A DNA stretch of 64,000 bases from Felis catus (Eukaryota), in assembly GCF_018350175.1 (NCBI RefSeq), contig NC_058383.1, positions 22,818,001 through 22,882,000 of the forward strand, given 5' to 3'. Position numbers and translations under genes: made by a program. The notes under the pieces are model-generated. The model saw nothing but the letters and a program-made list of their open reading frames with translations, ran no database searches and was not told where the DNA came from. Positions 31,053-40,859 of this stretch are shown here, piece by piece (position 1 is the first letter of the stretch; each line of letters starts with the position of its first letter).

Positions 31053-34000
31053 CCAAACTGTCTCCCTGGTTTCATGCTCATGAGGAACATAGAGAGACAC
31101 GCTTGGACCCTCCACTTCCCTGACTCCTTTTCTGGCCTCATCCCAGACTTCCTGGGGCAGCTCCCTGGAACCCACATGGACCACAGAGGACTCAAGGCTC
31201 CCTCCCCCTCATAGCAGGTGAGGAAGGACCTGGGCCTTCTCAGCCCGAGCCCTGGGAAGGGTGCAGGGGCCCCACCACGAGGTCCAGGTCACGGACTTGG
31301 CCCTAGCACTCTGGCCTCAGCCACTCTGCCTCCACCAACCCTCATAGTGGGCCTTCCTTCTGGAAGCCGGGAGGCCGGGAGGAGCTTCTCCGCATTCTGA
31401 GATGGCCCTCCCCAGGGCCACTGTCCTCAGGCCTATTCCTGGAGGTCTCCTGGTCTCTCTGGGAGACAGTCACTCTGTCCCAGGATCTATCACCCTATTT
31501 GATTTGTACAGCAAGCCTACCCGTCATCATGAAGTAGATGTATCCCCATTACACGTGCACACGCAGACCGCAGCACCGCGCGTGCGCACAGGATCCCCAC
31601 TACATGCGCACACAGAGCCTGGCCCCGAGAGCTGGTGCAGCCAGCAGGAGCAAGCCTGCCTCACAGACGAGGAAACGCACACAGGAAGCCCGGTGACTGC
31701 GCCAAACAATGGCAGGGCACCGGGTCAGAGCGGGCGCTGCAGAGACGTGCGCGGAGCCCTGATCCGGTGGGGGTCGGGGGCCTCCTTCTGGGGAGTGTTT
31801 GGCCACAGCCTGGGGCGCCAACCATCAGCATCACCAGGGAGCCTGTCAACAATACAGATTCCTAGGCCTGGACCCGGAGCTGCCTGATCAGATTGTTCAG
31901 GAGTGGGGACCAGGGATTTGTACAGGTAGGGAGCTCCCTAGAGTTAGAGGCACAGACAGGGACCCTTGAGGTGGGCACACCTGAGGGCATCCCAGCGTCC
32001 CAGCGCAGGACAGGCACACTTGGGCAGCTGACTATACTGCACAGCTCTGGGGTTTTCACCTGCTCAATATTTATGCCCTTATCTTTTGATAGTAAGACCT
32101 TATTTCTCCTTCAGGAAACCACCCTTTCCCGCTCACTCAGTCCATGTGATAGAGACAGACATCACCCCAGTTCCAGGGCACATGACCCAGGATTGACCAA
32201 TCATGACAGCCCATTCTCCAGCCCACAGTGATTGGTTTAAGGGAGAGTACGTGACCTGATGAGTGGGTCCCAGGACTTTTCTGGGGCTACTGGGAAAGAG
32301 GAGTTCTGTTTCTGGGGAAAGTGCTGAGCTAATGGGGTATATGTCTGGCTTTGCCAAGCCCCTCTGCATGGAGAAAGGCTGCCAGAGAGTGAAATCAACT
32401 GGGAGAAAAGCTGCACAAAAATGGGGAGAGGCAGAGTTCTGATGACAGCATTTAAATGCCTGGATCCAGCCATACCTGAATCCAGTCTCCCCCTGGACTT
32501 CTTAGTATATGAGCCAGTGAATTCCATGTTTTGCTTAAGTTAGTTTGAGCTGGGTCACTGGCATCCAACAGTGTCTTGACTAACATACCAGCAATTTATT
32601 TCTGTTTTGAAAAAAAGCATTGGCGAATATACAAAATAGGCACTGACTTCCAGCTTGCCTTTCCCCCAGCAAGACCCGGGCTATTAAAGGAAACACACTC
32701 CCATCAGCCTCACTGTGTAGGGTCCATTGCTTGATGTGTGCCTGGGGCCCACTTACTAGTCTCATGGCCACTTTGCACGCCTGCGCAGTGCAGGTCCTTC
32801 CTGGTGCCGAGCCATTGTGGTTGTCTCCAAAGAGGTCAAGGACCACTGGGTGATGGGGGTTCTGCTCGTCGATAAGGACCAGCGGTGTGTAGTTCCAGAT
32901 GGTGGAGTTCAGAGCCTTAGAAGCGTTGCCATAGCTCTGCTCGGGTGCCAGGATCCTCTCCAGGACCACTTCCATTAGTTCGTCCAGATCCTTCAGCAGA
33001 TGCTTGACTTTGGAATACCTGGGTGGGGAGGGGGCCGGTCAGGGGGGCAAGGGCAGCGGTGAGGCAGAGAGCCACGGCGGTCTGGGACCCACCCTTACGC
33101 CAGCGTGGCTGTCACCACGTGTGAGGACAGAGCTCTGCCCAAGCCCCTGCCTCTCTATCCACCCACCCGGGCGTCCACGCCTCCTTCCATCTACCTGCTC
33201 ACTTATACATTCACCAAGCAGTTCATGAGCACCTACCGTGTACCAGACACTGCAAAGCACAGAGGATACAATAGCAAACACAACAGCTGGGGTTTCTTTC
33301 CTTATGAAGTTCACGTTCTAATGAGGAAGACTCATAACTGCTCATGGTTAGCGATTGCTTCCCATGTGCCGGGTGCTTCTGATGTCTTACTTTATGTATA
33401 ATCTTCCCCACAATTCTGTGATAGTCCCCATGTAAGGATCAGGAAGCCCTGGGAGTCGCTGTGATTTCCCGAGCCCATCCCACTGGTGGGGGGGGCGCAG
33501 AGCTGGGACTGGATCCCGGATTTGGTGCAGTGGGCATGCTGTTTGGGCACAGGGGTTCTGATATCTCCCTCCCAGGATGGGACCAAAAATGCAGAGAGGA
33601 AGGGCAGGTCTGTGATCCTGAGGTCCTAATTCTCCATTGGAGACTGTGGGAACAGGAGTCAATGTCCAGAAGGAGAAGGTGGATGGGACTCGGGGGCTGG
33701 GCTCCAGTACCTTCTCTCAGCCCCCAGAGGCTCCCATATTGGAAATGGTCCATGCCACGGAGTGTCCCCACCGGCCACTCTGGACCCGATTTATCCAAGC
33801 CCCTGCCCCACAGTGTGGTCACCAGGGCAGTGTGTGTGAGCTCTGGCTCGAGGACATCCCGCAGGGGTGAGTGTTAAACCCTGGCCACAGGCCCACGTCC
33901 CGGTACAAAGGAGTATGGTAGCCAGAGCTGACATGGCCTTCAGACGTGACACCTCTTGTCCCCTGACCATCACACCAGCCACCTGTGTGTACACAGGAAG

Positions 34001-36007
34001 AGGGGGAGCTGGGAGGGTGGTGGGCTGTGGGGAGGGGGGCTGCTCTTATAGCCTACGTGTCCACAGCTGCAGTCGAGCGTGGTGGGTTACTGAATGAGGT
34101 CTGGGTTCGAATCCCGATGTGCCACTTAATATCAGTGTGACCTTGGACAACCTAACATCTCTGAGACTCTGTCTTCTCTTCTACAAAATGGGGTGGGGGG
34201 AGGATTAAAATATTTACCCTGGAGGGCTGTCGGGAGGATTCAATGAAGTGACACTTACAAAGCACCCGGAATAGTGCCTGGACGGGGTGGTGGTGTTACA
34301 AGGATTATTTCAGGTTCTCCTGAGTAGCCCCAGGGATCCACCCGGCAGGCAGGAGCCCTACTACTCGAAAGAAGGGAAGCAGGAATTTCCTTTCAGTACC
34401 TTCTTTTGGACAAGAATGTTCTCTGTGGCTCAGCCGTGCCGGTCCTTCCGTCAATTCCAGGCTCTGTCTCACCCCAGGCCCTCTACCTGTGCCCTCCACT
34501 TGGGAGTACTCTTCCCCCCGCCCCACAGCTACCTTCTACTCATTCCTGGGGGGGAGGGGGGCATTCTTCTCTGACTGGCCCCTGCCCCTCCTTGACCCTG
34601 ACTAGGTCAGGTCCCTCTGGGTGTCCCTTCCATAGGCCTTGCCATCAAGTGGATAAACAGTGGCACCTCTGGGGTCACACAAGACCTGGGTCCAAATCCC
34701 ACCGTTGTTTGCTGTGTGTCTCTGGGCAAGTTCCCTTACCTCTCTGAATCTCCATTTCCTGACCTATAAATCAAGCGAGTATGGCAGTACCCACCCTTAG
34801 GGTGGTTGTGTGGGCGAGAATTACACAAGTTAACCAAAACATCACTCCACATACTGCCTGGCAATTCATAAGCACTTGATGTACTGTTGCCATATATATT
34901 TTTTTATCATCACAATGATAATTAATTCAGTATTTAGGGAGAAAAAGATGAATGTCTGTTTCCTCTGGTAGGCTGTGAGGAGGGCAAGGACTTTGTTTTA
35001 TTCACCGATGTGTTCCTAGTGCCTGGAACAGCCCAGGGCACGCGGCAGGCGCTCAGTAACCGTGTACTGAATCAATACCGGGCACTGGCGGGCCTTGAAG
35101 GCAGCAGCCACCAAGTACTTCTTAGGTTCTCTTTAAAGATTTTATTATTCAGTAATCTCTACACCCAATGTGGGACTCAAACTCACAACCTCAAGATCAA
35201 GAGTTGCATGCTCCACCGACTGACCCAGCCAGGTTCTCTTTAAGCCTGGGAAGTTCATGGAGGCACCCGGGTGGCTCAGTCGGTTAAGCATCCCACTTCG
35301 GCTCAGGTCATGATCTCACGGTTCATGGGTTTGAGCCCCAAGTCGGTCTCTGTGCTGACAGTTTGGAGCCTGGAGCCTGGAGCCTGCTTCGGATTCTGTG
35401 TCTCCTTCTCTCTCTACCCCTGTCTCTCTCTCTCAAAAATAAGTAAACATTAAAAAAAAAAAAGCCTAGGAGGTTCATGAATTTTGAAATGTACTTGCTG
35501 CAAAGGGATGAAGCAAAGAGGGAAAGAAAGAAAGGAGAAAAGAGAGTGGGGAGTGGGGGAAGGGCAAGAAACAGGGAAGGAAGGAGAGAGAGAGGGTGGG
35601 AGGGAGGGGGAAAGAGGAAGGGAGGGGGGAGAGGGAGGGAGAGGCGGGGAGGAAGAAGGGAGGGAGAGCCAGCGCTGAGCTCCAGGGACCACCTACTGGA
35701 AGGGGCTGGCGTTGCAGATGGTGACGGCGGGGAAGTCCATGGTCTTGAAGCCGATGGAGAGGGAGACGCTGACCTCCCAGCTCAGGTAGGTCTTGATGAA
35801 GACGCCCCACTCCCAGCAGACGAGGGAGGTGAAGAGCAGCGTGATCAGGAACCACATGGCCTTCTTCTTGGGCCCCTCGCAGATGATGCGCTTGGGGCCG
35901 TGGGTGTTAGTGTTGTTACAGTACCACACCAGCAGCTCCTTGTACGTGTAGCCGGGGCCCTTCTGCAGCCGGTGCAGGCACTTCAGCAGGTACTTCTTTA
36001 TGTGCAT
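12671..36007 (-). CDS. SCNN1B: Amiloride-sensitive epithelial sodium channel subunit beta (beta-ENaC), complete CDS in 12 exons, 636 aa
   Basis: Exons sum to 1911 nt with no frameshift or internal stop. Motifs: [11 protein letters not shown] motif (NTNTHGPKR), TM1, DFPAVTICN, Cys-rich ectodomain, [17 protein letters not shown] pore/TM2, [10 protein letters not shown] motif. Confidence 0.98.
13310..13385 (-). CDS. SCNN1B: SCNN1B exon 12 (76 nt)
   Basis: tacag|GAAGGGA ... AATAAC|gtgag; [25 protein letters not shown]. Confidence 0.96.
14060..14500. repeat. Degenerate (GGAT)n simple repeat in SCNN1B intron 11
   Basis: Long run of GGAT/GGGT/AGAT units. Confidence 0.93.
14738..14799 (-). CDS. SCNN1B: SCNN1B exon 11 (62 nt)
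   Basis: ttccag|GATTGG ... AGCAG|gtgag; [20 protein letters not shown]. Confidence 0.95.
15130..15360 (+). mobile_element. LINE-2 3' fragment
   Basis: gaatgtaagctccataagagca...tcgttcactgccgtgtccccagcac resembles the L2 3' end. Confidence 0.6.
15454..15511 (-). CDS. SCNN1B: SCNN1B exon 10 (58 nt)
   Basis: ttccag|TGACACC ... GAG|gtgaga; [19 protein letters not shown]. Confidence 0.95.
15602..15677 (-). CDS. SCNN1B: SCNN1B exon 9 (76 nt)
   Basis: ctcag|CCTATTG ... TGCAA|gtgag; [24 protein letters not shown]. Confidence 0.95.
16551..16668 (-). CDS. SCNN1B: SCNN1B exon 8 (118 nt)
   Basis: ctgcag|GCCTGT ... TGGG|gtgag; [25 protein letters not shown]...FPDW. Confidence 0.96.
18681..18788 (-). 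CDS. SCNN1B: SCNN1B exon 7 (108 nt)
   Basis: acacag|GACAAG ... ATCCAG|gtaaga; [13 protein letters not shown]...TYSIQ. Confidence 0.93.
19074..19237 (-). CDS. SCNN1B: SCNN1B exon 6 (164 nt)
   Basis: ccacag|GCCTGAAG ... GTG|gtacgg; [16 protein letters not shown]...TSIGVLV. Confidence 0.95.
19905..20120 (-). mobile_element. MIR SINE. Further MIR-like relics near 7220-7400, 8110-8290, 18150-18250, 27900-28090, 28380-28550, 28600-28770, 34090-34280, 37530-37690, 48390-48520, 55150-55340, 61720-61930 and 62670-62860
   Basis: Core motif ccccattttgtaggtgaggaaaccaaggcacagagaggtgaagagacttgtcc. Confidence 0.75.
20882..21597 (+). mobile_element. Probable ERV1-class solo LTR containing a nested Can-SINE
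   Basis: TG...CA termini; TATATAA at 21448-21454; degenerate polyA signal AATGAA at 21538-21543 in a gggctcgaat-aaactc context; imperfect 4-bp flanks aagg/aggg. Confidence 0.6.
20968..21186 (+). mobile_element. Young felid Can-SINE (SINEC_Fc-type)
   Basis: CpG-rich, near-identical to other young copies; TSD AACATTTACCAGGGT at 20952-20966 and 21187-21201. Confidence 0.95.
21762..21865 (-). CDS. SCNN1B: SCNN1B exon 5 (104 nt)
   Basis: tttcag|GAACTTC ... TTTG|gtgag; [34 protein letters not shown]. Confidence 0.96.
22232..22997 (+). mobile_element. 5'-truncated LINE-1 3' end, same subfamily as 9580-12011
   Basis: QPLWKTV...ELPYDPAI peptide; closely similar 3'UTR; TSD AAAAGAATTCAG at 22220-22231 and 22998-23009. 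Confidence 0.95.
23619..23820 (+). mobile_element. Can-SINE within an old L1M-type 3'UTR relic (about 23480-24400)
   Basis: ggggcacctgggtggctcag head; TSD taaaaatca. Confidence 0.88.
24455..24887 (-). mobile_element. Two tandem Can-SINEs, with (GA)n microsatellite at 24681-24724
   Basis: Two reverse-complement SINE bodies ending ccacccaggtgcccc and ccacccatgtgccc. Confidence 0.9.
26052..26284 (-). mobile_element. Young felid Can-SINE (SINEC_Fc-type)
   Basis: CpG-rich body, long T tract, flanking agactttt repeats. Confidence 0.95.
26520..26534. promoter_or_regulatory. Candidate glucocorticoid/mineralocorticoid response element in SCNN1B intron 4
   Basis: GGGACA-cag-TGTTCC fits RGnACAnnnTGTnCY; motif match only. 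Confidence 0.35.
26900..27892 (+). mobile_element. Ancient L1MC/MD-type 3'UTR fragment
   Basis: cagggctccccagagaaatggctgattctaggg...gaaagtaaggaagt and terminal ctgtaaacctaagattattcc...aaaaaaa; related segment at about 44650-44880. Confidence 0.65.
29580..29791 (+). mobile_element. Can-SINE
   Basis: TSD aagacccagca at 29569-29579 and 29792-29802. Confidence 0.92.
30502..30692 (-). CDS. SCNN1B: SCNN1B exon 4 (191 nt)
   Basis: ctgcag|TGCAGC ... TACAG|gtgag; [15 protein letters not shown]...EPCSY. Confidence 0.96.
31012..31051. repeat. (CA)n microsatellite, about 20 units
   Basis: Perfect CA run. Confidence 0.97.
32110..32585 (+). mobile_element. MaLR LTR (MLT1K/L-like)
   Basis: gaccaatca...gtgattggttta...cctggatccagccatacctgaa...gcttaagttagtttgagctggg. 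Confidence 0.7.
32757..33018 (-). CDS. SCNN1B: SCNN1B exon 3 (262 nt)
   Basis: cccag|GTATTCC ... AGACTA|gtaagt; [20 protein letters not shown]...CKVAMRL. Confidence 0.95.
35259..35461 (+). mobile_element. Can-SINE, with a short opposite-strand SINE fragment at about 35135-35237
   Basis: SINE head/CT/A tail; imperfect TSD aagcctgggaagttcatg / aagcctaggaggttcatg. Confidence 0.88.
35505..35667. repeat. GA-rich low-complexity polypurine tract at the start of SCNN1B intron 2
   Basis: Almost exclusively G/A on the + strand. Confidence 0.85.
35697..36007 (-). CDS. SCNN1B: SCNN1B first coding exon (exon 2; 311 coding nt plus 8-nt 5'UTR 36008-36015)
   Basis: ctgcag|GTGCCACA ATG ... TTCCA|gtaggt; good Kozak context GCCACAATG. 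Confidence 0.96.
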
Positions 36008-36565
36008 TGTGGCACCTGCAGAGACACAGCAGAAAGCCAGGTGCAACACCGGTCCTGCGTCCTGGGCTGTCCCAGTCGTGGCCGGAGTGTGGGCATTGGA
36101 GACAGGCAGAGGACAGGGCTGCACACCCCAGCCCTCCCTCCCCACCCTCCTCTCTGCTGCCTTCCCTTTCTCCCACCCCTCCCTCTCCTCTCTCTTCCTC
36201 CTTCCCTTCCTGCTATCATCCACCCATGCGACTAACTAAAAAGCATTTATTGAAAGCCTACTGTATGCCAGGTACTGAATTAGTCTCTCTGGACTCATTG
36301 ATGAGCAAAACAAACAAGGTTTCTGCCATCTGGGAATTTCTAGCCTGGTGAACAAGTTACTTACACTCTTGACTCCTTAGGTACCCCCATCTATAAAATG
36401 GGCATAATTGTACCTAATGTACAGAGTTGCTAAGACAGTGAAACTAGGTGATGCATCCAGTGTCTGGCCAGACTAAGTGCCCAACATATCTGCTACCTTT
36501 ATTATAAGCCACAAGCGGGCGAGACGGATGTTCATCAAATAATCCATCAAAAATGCGTAGTTATA

Positions 36566-37411
36566 TACCCTACGACCAGCAATTGCATTACTAGGAATTT
36601 ATCCAAAGGATACAAAATTGCTGATTTGAAGGGGCACATTCACCCCAATGTTTATAGCAGTGCTATCAACAATAGCCACATTATGGAAAGAGCCAAAATG
36701 TCTATCAAGTGATGAATGGATTAAGAAGATGTGGTATATGGGGCGCCTGGGTGGCTCAGTCGGTTAAACGTCTGATTTCGGCTCAGGTCATGATCTCACA
36801 ATTTGTGGGTTCGAGCCCCATGTCCAGCTCTGTGCTGACAGCTCAAAGCCTGGAGCCTGCTTTGGATTCTCTGTCTCCTGCTCTCTCTGCCCCTCCCCCA
36901 TTCGCACTGTCTCAAAAATAAACGTTAAGATTCTTTTTAAAAAGATGTGGTATATGTATATATACATATACATATATATGTATATGTAGACACACACACA
37001 CACACACATATATACAGCATGGAATACTACTTGGTGATGAAAAAGAATGAAATCTTGCCATTTGCAACAATGTGGATGGAACTGGAGGGTATTAGGCTAA
37101 ATGAAATAAGTCAGTCAAAGAAAGACGAATATCATATGACTTCACTCGTGGAATTTGAGAAACTTCACAGGTGAACATAGGGGAAAGGAAGGAAAAATAA
37201 GATAAAAACAGAGAGGGAGGCAAAGCATAAGAGACTCTAAATACAGAGAACTGAGGGTTGATGGGGGCGGGAGGTGGGTTAAATGGGTGATGGGCCTTAA
37301 GGAGGGCACATATCGGGATGAGCACTGGGTGTTGTATGTAAGTGACGAATCATGGGAATCTATCCCGTGATCTATCTATAGCACACTGTATGTTAACTAA
37401 CTTGAGAATTA
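36566..37411 (+). mobile_element. LINE-1 3' fragment with nested Can-SINE (36740-36941) and (TA)n(CA)n repeat
   Basis: [18 protein letters not shown] peptide; L1 TSD 15/17 match at 36549-36565 and 37412-37428; SINE TSD AAGATGTGGTATAT at 36726-36739 and 36942-36955. Confidence 0.9.
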
Positions 37412-38259
37412 AAAAATATGTAGTTATAAAACATGGTAGGAAGGGTTGGGACCCCGTGCTGTGAGGTCCCAGAGGCAGTGAAGGGTGGTGGCGAAGAACG
37501 GGGACTCTGGAGCTGACATGTCTACTCTGATTCTCAGCTCCGCCACTTTTCTAGGTGTGTGACTTTGAGCCAATCCCCTTCTCAGTGCCTCAGTTTCCTC
37601 ATCTGTAAGCGGGGATGATACCAGCCTCTCCCTCCTGGGTCTTTTGTGAAGCCTGCATGACAATATGCAGAGTGTGGATGAATGCCCGGCTGTTGTCATC
37701 CTAACAAAAGCACACTCCCCACCCCCAGTTCTGAGAGTCCCTGGAGAAGCTGAGTTAAGGAACCTAAGAGTTAAGTGGGTGAAGAGGAGGGGGCATTCAG
37801 GTGGAGGGGGCAGCGGGAGCAAAGGCTCTGAGGGGGAGGGAGCCTGGAGGGGTGAGTGGGAGCTTGCGGGCCACATTTAGGATCTGGGTTTCAGGCCAAG
37901 AGAACTGGAGCCCTTGGGAGCGTGGAGTGTGATGCCATCAAAGCTGCCATCTGGAAAGACATGGACTGGAGTGGGATGGAGGCGGGTCTAGGAGCATCGG
38001 GTGGGGTGGGGAGCTGTGGGTTGTGGAGGAATATCTAATCTTTCTTTCTGAGACTCTGTTTCTCGATTAACCAAGACGCTGGTCACAGAGCCTGGCACAT
38101 GAGGGCTTCTCAGGAAACACCCGTTTCCACCTGCTGCTGGAGCACCCCGGCTCTCTCCCTGGAGCCCCAGCTGGCCAAAGGCCACCTCCTTCATGCAGCT
38201 GTCCTGACTCCCTGACAGGGGTGACCCTCGGCCTCCTCTCGGAGCTGCTGCCTTTCCGG

Positions 38260-38960
38260 GCCAGGGGCAGTGTGGTGGGCAGCTCAGTGCCTGCTGTCCA
38301 GCATCCTTTCCTTCCCTCTGGCTCTGAGTGTCCTCGGGGGGGAAACTACCCCTCCCTCAGTCTCAGTTGGTGTGAGTTGCCAGGTTGACTCCACCCCTAG
38401 TCCGAAGGGGTACTTACCTAACCCCAGTTTGGATTGTTGAGACTCAATTCTGTTACTTTATGCTGGTATAACTGAGGCAGACTCCTTTTTTAGCCAAGAC
38501 TACTAAGCTGGAGGTATTTGGGCCACAAATAGGGAGACTGCCTGAGAATAAAGCCAACACAGAGGAAAGCAGAGTCACAAGATGGAGAGATTTCTGACAT
38601 TTGAAACACCTGGATCCAGCCACTCCTGAAGCCATTTACTCCTGGACTCATCAGATCCAACAACCAATAAATTTACTTTCTTACTTATGCTGATCCAAAT
38701 TGGGTGTCTGTCATTTGCAATCATTAGAATCTTTTTTAAATTAAAAAAAATTTTTTTTAATGTTTATTTATTTTTGAGAGAGAGAAACAGAGGGCAAGCA
38801 GGAGAGGGGCTGAGAGAGAGGGAGACACAGAATTTGAAACAGGCTCCAGGCTGTGAGCTGTCAGCACAGAGCTGTTGTGGGGCTTGAACCTACTAACTGC
38901 AATCAGGTGCTTAACCGACTGGGCTACCCAGGCACCCCCCAGTCATAAGAATCTTAACAA
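38260..38960 (+). mobile_element. MaLR LTR (MLT1-type) interrupted by a - strand Can-SINE (about 38745-38939)
   Basis: cctggatccagccactcctgaagcc...ccaataaatt; repeat cattagaatctt / cataagaatctt flanks the SINE. Confidence 0.7.
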
Positions 38961-40632
38961 AGGAAGAAGTTCACCTCATTCTAACCCATGTCATATTTGT
39001 TTCTGCCTGTGGCTTCTCGTTCCTATGAGATCATAAGCCCGTTGAGAGTAGCAGCTCTGTATTCCTGACAAGCCCAGCACAGTGCCTGGAACTCTACCAA
39101 ATAGCCAAATGGATAATGCCAGACTTTCATATCTAACCTGAGATCTTAAACTTGCTCAAGCGTGTTTACTGCTCACCTAACTTACTGACACAGTAATATC
39201 CACCCCCCCCCCTTCCTGGACAAAGCATTAAAGGCTTTCCCCTCCAATGCCTCTGCTCGCTGATGGAAATCAAGTTCCATATGCCTGCCCAGGCCATCAT
39301 GGCTGTAAAATGGACGTTCACAGATTAACCCAACCTCCATCTTTCCCTAGAGGGCCCATTCCCTGCCCTGGGAAAATAAAGTAATAGTGATTATAATAAT
39401 AACAACTATAGGAGCACCATTAAAGTACTATGTGTTTACCACGGTCCAGGCACTGCAAGGTACTTACTTCATGAGTTATTTCATTCTTAGACATTATTAT
39501 CCACAACTATAAACTTGGAAAGAACTGGGGCTTTGTCTGTCTTTACAGTTTAGCACCAAGGACTAATAGGTGAACAGCACATGAGGCTCCAATAAACTGT
39601 CATGGAAGAAAAAGACAAAGGGCCTCTCTGATGTCTACCCTTTGCCATTCTCATTTAATCATCTGATTCAGCCAAGGAGAAAGTAGGCTTGGTACAAACA
39701 GGTCCTTAGCATCTATTTAACCCCTGCTAATCTCCCAGATTAACAATGAGGCCTCAGGCTCAGAACCTTATCAGCCAACAGTATCTAGTTAGAATTAACA
39801 TCATTCTGTTTTCACTGCGTTTATTTTTAAGAGGGATCTCTAATTTATGGCAAGAGATACCGGCTTTGGCTTTCAGTTCACAAATCCACTCAAGTTAAAA
39901 AAACAAACAGAAAATGTGTTTAAAGAAAAATATTCAGTAAACAATAGTAGGACGTGTAGGAAAACTTGTGACAGTGGTAGGCAAGTAACAGAAGTTTGTT
40001 GAGAACTGGCATATCTCCTAACTAGTTTGGTCCCTTGGGCCATTAGCCAAGCCAGAAGCAATCAATGCTACCAACAACTTTATGTCGTTCCCATCAGATT
40101 TCACCCCAAGGTGATAGATAGTCGGTGTTTGGGATGTATACACAGCTTGTGTAGAAAGGTTTAAATGAGCTTACAGCTTAAACCAACTCAAACAAGCCAG
40201 GTGGAGATTGGGTCCGCACACGGACTCAGAACAGCGGACACTGTCGGGGTTCAGAGGATCCCAGATTGCATCTAAGCGTGGCCCCAAACTGGTGGTAAAC
40301 GTTCCGGGCCGCAAATACAGAGACAATAAATGCCCTGTACAACCAAGTCCATTTTCCTGTAAGAGGAAACACACACTTGGTTCCAGAGACAAATTTGTCC
40401 TGAGATTTGACTCAGTTTCCTGGTGGGAGGATAATTAGGAACACAGTGCGTGTCTCTACCTATTAATTTGACAAAGGACACATACATGCTCCTAATACAG
40501 TCAGTTCTTCTGAACCTTCTCAGTGACAGGTTGCCTGTCATGACCTAAAAGCTGTACTGGGTTTGCAAGAGTTGTTTTTGCTGTTAGCACAGGATTTATT
40601 TTTATAATTCTCATTTTAAAATAACAGCTTTA

Positions 40633-40843
40633 GGGGCGCCTGGGTGGCGCAGTCAGTTAAGCGTCCGACTTCAGCCAGGTCACGATCTCGCGGTCCGTGA
40701 GTTCGAGCCCCACATCGGGCTCTGGACTGATGGCTCAGAGCCTGGAGCCTGTTTCCGATTCTGTGTCTCCCTCTCTCTCTGCCCCTTCCCCGTTCATGCT
40801 CTGTCTCTCTCTGTCCCAAAAAATAAATAAACGTTGAAAAAAA
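40633..40843 (+). mobile_element. Young felid Can-SINE (SINEC_Fc-type)
   Basis: Perfect TSD AAAATAACAGCTTTA at 40618-40632 and 40844-40858. Confidence 0.95.
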
Positions 40844-40859
40844 AAAATAACAGCTTTAT

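Noticed and set aside
35477..36235. 252-aa + strand ORF
   Set aside because: Antisense shadow of SCNN1B exon 2 plus a polypurine tract; no independent coding signal
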